A stretch of DNA of 31,649 bases from a virus. Taxonomy: Duplodnaviria > Caudoviricetes. The translations under genes were made by a program, and so were the position numbers. The stretch covers positions 1 to 31,649 of IMG/VR virus record IMGVR_UViG_3300020426_000018; one strand, 5' to 3'. Positions 7,259 through 14,107 of this stretch are shown here, piece after piece (positions within the stretch are counted from its first letter, which is position 1; every line of letters begins with the position of its first letter). The notes under the pieces were generated by a model that was not told where the DNA came from, ran no database searches, and saw only the letters and a list, made by a program, of their open reading frames with translations.

Positions 7259-7633
7259 ATGGAAGAACAAAAAAAGAAAAACCCTATACAAAAACTAAAA
7301 GAAAAGTTTGACGATAAAGAAGAACAATTTGAATTAATTTCTGTTGCTGTTAGGCTCTTAGTAGTTTTTTGGAGTGGTTTATTAGTTACAAGTAATTACT
7401 TGCCTAAAATACCAGGTCTTACAACAGGAGAAAAGCAAGATATAACTTTTCCCGCAAGTCTTCTTGCTTCAAGTCTTTCCAGTTTTGGTTTGGAGGGTGC
7501 TAAAAAACGTAAAGATAGCCAAGAACAGACAAGAGAATTTGCAAATAATGAAGGAATGGTACAGACTATAAGAGTTATTACACCTTTAAAAATCGAGGGT
7601 GCTGAAGTAATTGAACCTAAACTAAAAAAATGA
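7259..7633 (+). CDS. Two-TM membrane protein (holin candidate)
   Basis: Hydrophobic LISVAVRLLVVFWSGLLVTSNYL and ITFPASLLASSLSSFGL segments, charged termini. Confidence 0.6.
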   Translation: MEEQKKKNPIQKLKEKFDDKEEQFELISVAVRLLVVFWSGLLVTSNYLPKIPGLTTGEKQDITFPASLLASSLSSFGLEGAKKRKDSQEQTREFANNEGMVQTIRVITPLKIEGAEVIEPKLKK

Positions 7634-8130
7634 AAAAACTTTTCTTTTTAAGCTTTTTACTATTTGCTCCTGTTGCAAATGCAAATTTAAATCACACTAT
7701 TAGCTCAAGTGTAAAATTAACCGTAGGAGGCGCAGTTACTAGCATGGATAGAATGGGTACTTCTTACAGTGTAAGCGGTAATGGTATAGATACGACTTAT
7801 GGGACTGGTGATTCTGCTGTAGCAAATGGTATTGGTTCTTTAACAGTAAGCTCAGCAGTTGGAAATATTCCAACTTTAACGGCCACTCAAGACACCCCTT
7901 CTAATAGCTTTTCTTTTAGCCAAAGCTTTACCCAAGGGGATGCGCTTTCTGGTTCTGCACCTACTGTAGGTGAGGTTCCAAATTATTCCTCAAATGTAAT
8001 ATCTACGGCTGGTGGCACTGCAGGGAATTTAGCAGGTACAATTACAACTGCTGGGGCTGTAGCAATAACAGCAGGAGGTCATAATACTGAAGCTGTAGGG
8101 CAAGTAACTACTACTTTAATTGTTGATTAA
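7630..8130 (+). CDS. Secreted Ser/Thr/Gly-rich beta protein
   Basis: Sec signal MKKLFFLSFLLFAPVANA; mature part rich in small residues with alternating strands (SFSFSQSFTQG). Confidence 0.75.
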   Translation: MKKLFFLSFLLFAPVANANLNHTISSSVKLTVGGAVTSMDRMGTSYSVSGNGIDTTYGTGDSAVANGIGSLTVSSAVGNIPTLTATQDTPSNSFSFSQSFTQGDALSGSAPTVGEVPNYSSNVISTAGGTAGNLAGTITTAGAVAITAGGHNTEAVGQVTTTLIVD

Positions 8131-8558
8131 TGAAAAAATATATATTTTTTTTATTTATCTTTTATAAACCAGTTTATGCAAATCAAGTAATACCAAACTT
8201 TCAAACAGGAGTTCTACAACAACATGTAGAAACACGGAGTACTGTGCTAGAAAATTTACAAATTTTTGAATTTAGAACAGGTTACCAATTTACAGTAGGT
8301 GGAACTAATGTTAAATCAAGTACTGGTAATGTAGCTCCTACAGGATGGAAAAAACAAAATACAACAGTCGAAGGTGTAGGAACAACTTATATAATTCCAT
8401 CTTTTTCTAATAAACCTACATATAGCATTGTAAATGAGGCAGATTCATTTAATTATTATGAAACACTAGAGGCACCTGGTCTTACAAATTACACAAACAT
8501 AACTAGGGAAACTAATATTGAGATGATTTCTGACAGTACAAGTACCTTTAGTCAATGA
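8130..8558 (+). CDS. Secreted protein
   Basis: Sec signal MKKYIFFLFIFYKPVYA; VIPNFQTG N-terminus, STSTFSQ C-terminus; TAATG-coupled. Confidence 0.75.
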   Translation: MKKYIFFLFIFYKPVYANQVIPNFQTGVLQQHVETRSTVLENLQIFEFRTGYQFTVGGTNVKSSTGNVAPTGWKKQNTTVEGVGTTYIIPSFSNKPTYSIVNEADSFNYYETLEAPGLTNYTNITRETNIEMISDSTSTFSQ

Positions 8559-9193
8559 AAAAATATTTTGTTTTACTTTTATTTTTCAATAATCCAATTT
8601 TTGCTAATACTATAAATACTACCAGCAATTCCACTGGGTCAGTTACCAATCAGGCTGTACAAGTCGTTCCTTCAAGGCAATTTCAATACACTATGCAGGG
8701 CATATCTTGTCAAGGAGCAACTTTAAATATAAGCCCTTTTGTCTCCTACACCTATGGCTTCGGCTCGCCTTATGAGCCAAACTATCAAAAGCCAGTTTAT
8801 GACACCTCTGATAATTTTGGTTTACTTGATGATGATGGTAATAATATCGGTGATGGTGTACCTGATAATCCTGGTAATATTTTATATTATGAACAAGTAA
8901 GAACAGGTATGAGGCAAAGTAATACAAGTGCAAATGGTGGTATTACTGCGACTTTTTCAATACCGCTAGATAGGTCTGCTGTAAGAGAATGTAAAAAAGC
9001 AATGAAGAAACAAAATGAATTATATGAAGCAAGTCTTGCCTCTAAAAGGCTTAATTATGAAATGTCAAGAGCTAAAACTTGTCATGAGCTTTTTAAATTA
9101 GGTGTTAGTTTTGTAGGTGAAATGGCTCTTATATGTGAGGATATTAGATTTAATATAAAACCAATAACAGATCATACACATAATTTAAAATAA
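8555..9193 (+). CDS. Secreted protein with beta-hairpin, acidic loop and Cys-containing helical region
   Basis: Sec signal MKKYFVLLLFFNNPIFA; strands ATLNISPFVSYTY and GGITATFSIPLD; four Cys. Confidence 0.75.
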   Translation: MKKYFVLLLFFNNPIFANTINTTSNSTGSVTNQAVQVVPSRQFQYTMQGISCQGATLNISPFVSYTYGFGSPYEPNYQKPVYDTSDNFGLLDDDGNNIGDGVPDNPGNILYYEQVRTGMRQSNTSANGGITATFSIPLDRSAVRECKKAMKKQNELYEASLASKRLNYEMSRAKTCHELFKLGVSFVGEMALICEDIRFNIKPITDHTHNLK

Positions 9194-9199
9194 AAATAA

Positions 9200-9970
9200 T
9201 TATTTATAAAAAGGTGGCAATTCTTTTTTTTCTCTATATTTATTTGTAATTATTTGTTTCTTTGTAAGTTGTTCGACTTTTTTATTTAGTAACTTAGATT
9301 TTATTTTTTTTATTATTTTTTTTGATAAAGGCTTTACAATTTTTGTTAAAAACGGTGCAACTATAGTACCTGCTGTTACTGCAACAGTTGTTATTGCAAA
9401 TGTATTTGAAACTAAATTTAATGACGGTAAATATTTTTCAATTATGGAATTATTTCTATATAAAATTACACATTCTTGAGTTTCTTTGATAAGTTTAAAA
9501 CCAATAACAACTTCATTTCCTGAATTACTGAAATCACCTATTCTAGGATTATTTTTATTTGGGTCAGGGCAAGGTTTTTCTTCTATTAGTAAAATATTTG
9601 CAGTTTCAGTTTTAGTTTCACTTTTAGTCTCAGTTTTTGATTTATTTTTGTTTCTAGATTCTGTTAAATTATCAGTATTAGGGATTGCAGCTTTATTTGT
9701 TTTTTGTGTTTTTTTTGTGTTATATATCATAGGTTGAAAGCTAGGAATTAAACAATTTATTGTTAAATTGTTTTTTGGATCATCTTTCATTAATTGTTTA
9801 TTTGTAAGTCCATCTCTTCTAATTTCAACGCATGGCATACTAATTGCTGGTATGTCTAAATCTCTTGTTATATGTCTAGTTTTTGGTATTGATTTTTGAT
9901 TTGGAATAAAATTAATAGATGTTTTTGGTATAGATACATCAATTAATTTAATACTTTTTATTTTAGACAC
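9200..9970 (-). CDS. Membrane protein with C-terminal TM anchor and basic tail
   Basis: Four Cys; hydrophobic TFAITTVAVTAGTIVAPFL followed by a Lys-rich tail; start codon uncertain (GTG). Confidence 0.7.
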   Translation of the reverse strand: MSKIKSIKLIDVSIPKTSINFIPNQKSIPKTRHITRDLDIPAISMPCVEIRRDGLTNKQLMKDDPKNNLTINCLIPSFQPMIYNTKKTQKTNKAAIPNTDNLTESRNKNKSKTETKSETKTETANILLIEEKPCPDPNKNNPRIGDFSNSGNEVVIGFKLIKETQECVILYRNNSIIEKYLPSLNLVSNTFAITTVAVTAGTIVAPFLTKIVKPLSKKIIKKIKSKLLNKKVEQLTKKQIITNKYREKKELPPFYK

Positions 9971-10194
9971 TAAAAATTTAATTTTTTAGGTGTTTCAAAA
10001 AGTGGAGGTGTTGTTGTACTAGGTACAGATGGGATAAGTGTGCCTACTTGATCCATAACTTTCTCCATCATCATTTTTTCAAAATTTCCGCTACGTATCC
10101 ATTTATAGCCAGCGTAGCCAGCCCCAATAGTTGTTAAGGAAATTAGAAATGATAGGATGGAAAGTATAGAACTTAATTTAGAAATAAAATTCAT
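9970..10194 (-). CDS. Small protein with N-terminal TM helix and Pro-rich tail
   Basis: ILSILSFLISLTTIGAGYAGY then helix and PSVPSTTTPP. Confidence 0.7.
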   Translation of the reverse strand: MNFISKLSSILSILSFLISLTTIGAGYAGYKWIRSGNFEKMMMEKVMDQVGTLIPSVPSTTTPPLFETPKKLNF

Positions 10195-10330
10195 GGTAAA
10201 AGAGGCAATAATAAAAGCAATTAGTCATACCTTAATTATAAGCATGCTAATAATTTTACCTACTATTTTGCCTCTATATTTATCACTGTCAATGATGACA
10301 AGAACAATGACTACTAAAACAGCTAAATAA
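10193..10330 (+). CDS. 45-aa single-TM mini-protein (not in ORF track)
   Basis: MVKEAIIKAISHTLIISMLIILPTILPLYLSLSMMTRTMTTKTAK*; fills the gap exactly. Confidence 0.5.
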   Translation: MVKEAIIKAISHTLIISMLIILPTILPLYLSLSMMTRTMTTKTAK

Positions 10331-10332
10331 TA

Positions 10333-10695
10333 TTAAAACAACCACTTAAGCCCAATTTTTGAACCGTAATTATTTACATTATTTGTAACTATTGAAAATT
10401 CACCGTAAATATTTACTTTTTCAGAAGCGTTTACAGAACCGCCAACTTTACCAGAAAAATTATTTTCTGAATCTGCTGCATCAGGTGAATTAACATTTAA
10501 TCCGCCTTGTACATAATAATCAGCCGAACCAGTTGCATTTGCACCTTGATAACCTATGTGGAAATCAGTTGAAGACCCCTTCCAGTCTTTACCTTGCAAC
10601 TGTCCATTATTTTCAACATTTACAAACCAATTACCCGCAAAGGCTGGAGTTGATAGTGCTGAAACAGCAGCTATAGTTAAAGCTTTTTTTAGCAT
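10333..10695 (-). CDS. Small outer-membrane beta-barrel-like protein
   Basis: Signal peptide ending PAFA; amphipathic strands (WFVNVEN, DFHIGYQG, YYVQGG, VNIYGEF); C-terminal KIGLKWLF BAM-type signal. Confidence 0.8.
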   Translation of the reverse strand: MLKKALTIAAVSALSTPAFAGNWFVNVENNGQLQGKDWKGSSTDFHIGYQGANATGSADYYVQGGLNVNSPDAADSENNFSGKVGGSVNASEKVNIYGEFSIVTNNVNNYGSKIGLKWLF

Positions 10696-10775
10696 AATTT
10701 TTAAAAATTAAAGTTTTATATTAAGTGACTATAAATTATTTACAACTAGCAGTGTATAACTAAAACATTTGTCCT

Positions 10776-11048
10776 TTAACTACTGGGTTCTGTAGGCCAA
10801 GTAATATTATCTGGGTCGGTTTGAGAAGGTACGTCTCTGAGTGCCTGACGAAATGCCTTCCATTCATCAGATAATGAAAGATCACTAGTAGCTCTCCAGT
10901 CTGTAGCAGCAAGTTTAGCGTTTCTTTCTGCTCTTACTCCTTCCCATTTCCTAGCAGTAATCTCCTCGGCAGTTGGTTGAGATGCCACAAGCGCAGCAAT
11001 CTCTTCATCTGTCATTTTAATAGTTTCACCATTTAACATTTTGTACAT
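10776..11048 (-). CDS. Tail fibre assembly chaperone
   Basis: WEGVRAERNAKLAATDW...EWKAFRQALRDVP...ITWPTEP motif; start set at ATG 11048 right after the fibre stop. Confidence 0.85.
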   Translation of the reverse strand: MYKMLNGETIKMTDEEIAALVASQPTAEEITARKWEGVRAERNAKLAATDWRATSDLSLSDEWKAFRQALRDVPSQTDPDNITWPTEPSS

Positions 11049-11049
11049 G

Positions 11050-11943
11050 TTATGTCTCCATTTTGTAAAGTAAAATTTCAGTGCCAGATTGGAAATAATA
11101 CTGGGTATCATTAAATTTTATCGTTATTCCTCGTATAGCTCCAGAGGTTGTATAAGTTTTAAAGCGATTAACGACACTTGGCTCACTTGTACTATAACTT
11201 AAAGTTTCAAAAAAACTATAGGAACTGTCATGGGTAGAAAATTCACCTAAAAAACCATGTTTTTGTGCTTGGTAATAACCTGATAAATTATAATTATTAC
11301 CACTACTATTACTAACTTTTGTGGTATACGAACCAGATGTAGGTGCATCTCTATATTCTAAGCCGCTCGCAGATAATTTACTATTACTACTATTTAGATA
11401 GTTAATTCTTAAATTATTTGTAGAAACATTACTACATTTTACATTTTTACCTAATAACCAGTACATACTATCTGCATCTAAATTAGTAAAAGATATCTCA
11501 CTAATAGTATTATCAACTGAAACACTAGACTTAGATATAAGTTTTAACCCAAAACCATTAGATGCTGTGAACATACTACTTGTGTCAAGTCGTGCAGTTG
11601 ATATTGTCCCAGTTGTAAAATTAGAAGCATTTAAATTTGTTGTGTCTGGCTCAGTTTGCGTTGCATATTCTAACTGAGCGATAGCACTAGCACCAGTGCC
11701 AGATACACTTTTTACTTTTATAAAAGCATTTTGAACAATGTTATTATCAGGCAAAATCATAGTATATGACTGCGCTGAACTATGTGGCGGTGATTTTAGT
11801 TTTACTCCATTAGAACCGCTTGTTAATTGTAAAGTGCCGTCCGCACCACCAGCACCTTTCACTTTAACTAAGCCAGTTCCTTTTCCAGCCAGCTTTAAAC
11901 TTGCACTACTACTTTCTATTTCATCAACTTTTATTTTTGACAT
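11050..11943 (-). CDS. Secondary tail fibre / receptor-binding protein, paralogue 3
   Basis: MSKIKVDEIES N-terminus, YTMILPDN, LNASNFTTGTISTARL, divergent C-terminal beta domain ending EILLYK. Confidence 0.75.
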   Translation of the reverse strand: MSKIKVDEIESSSASLKLAGKGTGLVKVKGAGGADGTLQLTSGSNGVKLKSPPHSSAQSYTMILPDNNIVQNAFIKVKSVSGTGASAIAQLEYATQTEPDTTNLNASNFTTGTISTARLDTSSMFTASNGFGLKLISKSSVSVDNTISEISFTNLDADSMYWLLGKNVKCSNVSTNNLRINYLNSSNSKLSASGLEYRDAPTSGSYTTKVSNSSGNNYNLSGYYQAQKHGFLGEFSTHDSSYSFFETLSYSTSEPSVVNRFKTYTTSGAIRGITIKFNDTQYYFQSGTEILLYKMET

Positions 11944-11990
11944 TTAATACAAAAAGTATTTCTATTATATATTATAAATATAAATTAAAA

Positions 11991-12926
11991 TTATGCTTCC
12001 ATATATTTATATAAACGAAATTCAGTAGGATTTATAAAACGGTGACTGCCATTACTCTGTACTATTGTTAGTGTTCTAAATTCATTATCACCAGTATAAC
12101 TATTATCAATAGAACCTCTTGCTTCATGAAAGTTAAATTCATTGTTTCCAAATGCTCTTTCTCTTAATTTTGAATATAACCATGCATTTTTATCTCCAGT
12201 TGAAAATTCAAAAATGGAATTTGCTGTTGCTGCATTGGCTACGTTTGCTAGCCATTTTGTGTACAAATATGCTTGAGATCCAGAAACACCTAATGCATAT
12301 GCACTATGACTAGTACCTGTTGTCATCCAATCTGCATAATAACCATCATATACAAGATTCTGAATTTGCCCTGTAGAGCTTTTGAGTAAATAGGTCATAC
12401 CATCACTAGTTTGTGTGCTTCCGCCTGAATTACCAGTAGCTATATGTATCCCAAGTAATTTATATAAAGAATTATCATCTAAAGTAAATTCTATAGATGA
12501 AACAGGTGACCCACTACTAACAGTACTTGTAGAAACTAGTTTGAATGCAGCACCAGAAGTTGCAGGTATTGGATTCGGTATTCTTGCGGCTGGTACAGTG
12601 CCAGTAGTGAGTTCAGATGCGTCTAATTGAGTTAAGTCTGGTTCCGGTAAATCTGTGTATGCTAATTGGCCTACTGCTGTGCTACCACTACCTGTAATAG
12701 TATCAACTTTTAGAATTTTATTAGTAGATAAATTAATATCAGTTGCAGGCAAAACCATTGTATAATTTTGCGCTGTAGAAGGTGCTTTAATTTTTACTTT
12801 ACTTAGCTGAAGTGTCCCACTAGCGTCTTCACCTGCTACTTCAAATACACCAGAACCATTAGGGCTTATGGTTAAATCTCCATTAGATGATAAAGATTCA
12901 ATTTCATTAATTTTTATTTTTGACAT
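11991..12926 (-). CDS. Secondary tail fibre / receptor-binding protein, paralogue 2
   Basis: MSKIKINEIES, YTMVLPAT, LDASELTTGTVPAARI, ends EFRLYKY. Confidence 0.75.
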   Translation of the reverse strand: MSKIKINEIESLSSNGDLTISPNGSGVFEVAGEDASGTLQLSKVKIKAPSTAQNYTMVLPATDINLSTNKILKVDTITGSGSTAVGQLAYTDLPEPDLTQLDASELTTGTVPAARIPNPIPATSGAAFKLVSTSTVSSGSPVSSIEFTLDDNSLYKLLGIHIATGNSGGSTQTSDGMTYLLKSSTGQIQNLVYDGYYADWMTTGTSHSAYALGVSGSQAYLYTKWLANVANAATANSIFEFSTGDKNAWLYSKLRERAFGNNEFNFHEARGSIDNSYTGDNEFRTLTIVQSNGSHRFINPTEFRLYKYMEA

Positions 12927-12950
12927 ATCTTTAAAGATTTTTTTAATATG

Positions 12951-12979
12951 ATTATATAAAATTTGAATATTAAAGTCTA
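12951..12979 (-). promoter_or_regulatory. Sigma70-type promoter upstream of fibre paralogue 2
   Basis: Minus strand TAGACT-17 nt-TATAAT in the intergenic gap. Confidence 0.6.
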
Positions 12980-12983
12980 TACC

Positions 12984-13883
12984 TTAACTTTCATTATATT
13001 TATATAGTAAGATTTGTGTATCTGATTGATAATAATTACTGTTGTTAGTTGTTAATCTAATTTTATTTATACTTTTTGTTGTACCGTTAGTCGCTTCATG
13101 ATCAAACATTGAGTACGAATCGCAATAATTATATCGATAGCCAGGGGCATAATGATTAAGAATCATATAGTTGAAATATGCTTTAGTACTAATAGTTGCT
13201 ATGAATGAAAATTCTGTACCCATATAACTTTGATTATCCCACGGTATAACATAGCTTTGTGTTTCGCTAAACTTATTAGTACCAGTATATCTATAATTAG
13301 TATTAATTATATTTGTTTGCGCTTGGTTATTAGTATCGAGCCATTCAAATTTTATATTGTCATTATTTGCAGAAAGTGTAATATTCTTACCGACTAATCT
13401 ATATAAACTATTATCCTCTAAATCAAAATCAATAGTTGTAATAGTATTATCTGTTGATACTGTAGATTTACTTATCAAAACTAAGCCAGCACCATCAGTA
13501 GCACTTAAAGCGGCAAATCTAGCACTTGGCAATGTACCACTTGTTAAGTTAGATGCATCCAAATTAGTAACTGTTGCTGTTGGTGCATCTGCGTATTCCA
13601 GTTGACCAACAGCAGTTGCGCCACTACCACTAATACTTTTAACTTTTAAGATTTTATTAGCATCTATTTGATTGTCAGGCAATATTATTGTATAGTTTTG
13701 ACCCGCAGCATCGTTTGGGCTTTGTAGTTTCACTCCATGTGATTGTGCTGAACAATTTAATTGGAGAATAGCGTCATTTGTAGCACCTTTAATTTCACAT
13801 GCTCCATCAGCACCTTTAGCAGTAACTTTTACATTGCTATTTGTGCCGTTTGCTTCGATCTCATCAACATTTAATTTTGACAT
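12984..13883 (-). CDS. Secondary tail fibre / receptor-binding protein, paralogue 1
   Basis: MSKLNVDEIEA, YTIILPDN, LDASNLTSGTLPSARF, ends QILLYKY. Confidence 0.75.
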   Translation of the reverse strand: MSKLNVDEIEANGTNSNVKVTAKGADGACEIKGATNDAILQLNCSAQSHGVKLQSPNDAAGQNYTIILPDNQIDANKILKVKSISGSGATAVGQLEYADAPTATVTNLDASNLTSGTLPSARFAALSATDGAGLVLISKSTVSTDNTITTIDFDLEDNSLYRLVGKNITLSANNDNIKFEWLDTNNQAQTNIINTNYRYTGTNKFSETQSYVIPWDNQSYMGTEFSFIATISTKAYFNYMILNHYAPGYRYNYCDSYSMFDHEATNGTTKSINKIRLTTNNSNYYQSDTQILLYKYNES

Positions 13884-13899
13884 AATTTTAAAATTGTTC

Positions 13900-14103
13900 T
13901 TAAATAAATTCTAGTTTAGTTCCACTTGTAATAGTTAAAACAACACCAGATGCAATAGATAAAGGACTAACTGCATAATAGTTGTGTCCTGTTGTTGTAA
14001 AACTATTATTTACTTCGCTATCAGCTTCGATAAATATTTTTTCACCACCAGATCCTACTAACCCTCCTGATTTTATAAGATATAAATAAGATTTAGCTAT
14101 CAT
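13900..14103 (-). CDS. 67-aa stand-alone copy of the primary fibre's C-terminal domain
   Basis: GGLVGSGGEKIFIEADSEVNNSFTTT...LSIASGVVLTITSGT aligns with GGLVGGGNEEIFVEVENTMDNSFTTT...LAIASGVVFTVTDGT; ATG at 14103. Confidence 0.75.
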   Translation of the reverse strand: MIAKSYLYLIKSGGLVGSGGEKIFIEADSEVNNSFTTTGHNYYAVSPLSIASGVVLTITSGTKLEFI

Positions 14104-14107
14104 AATT

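Noticed and set aside
8691-9737. Antisense ORFs 8691-8933 (His/Tyr-rich) and 9486-9737 (hydrophobic)
   Set aside because: Their composition is the mirror of Asp/Gly-rich and Lys/Asn-rich sense codons
11738-13605. Plus-strand ORFs inside the fibre genes
   Set aside because: Antisense shadows of Gly/Ser/Thr-rich codons
11050-13883. Diversity-generating retroelement or invertible shufflon behind the fibre paralogues
   Set aside because: No reverse transcriptase, no near-identical template/variable repeat pair seen, no recombinase, and all copies face the same way
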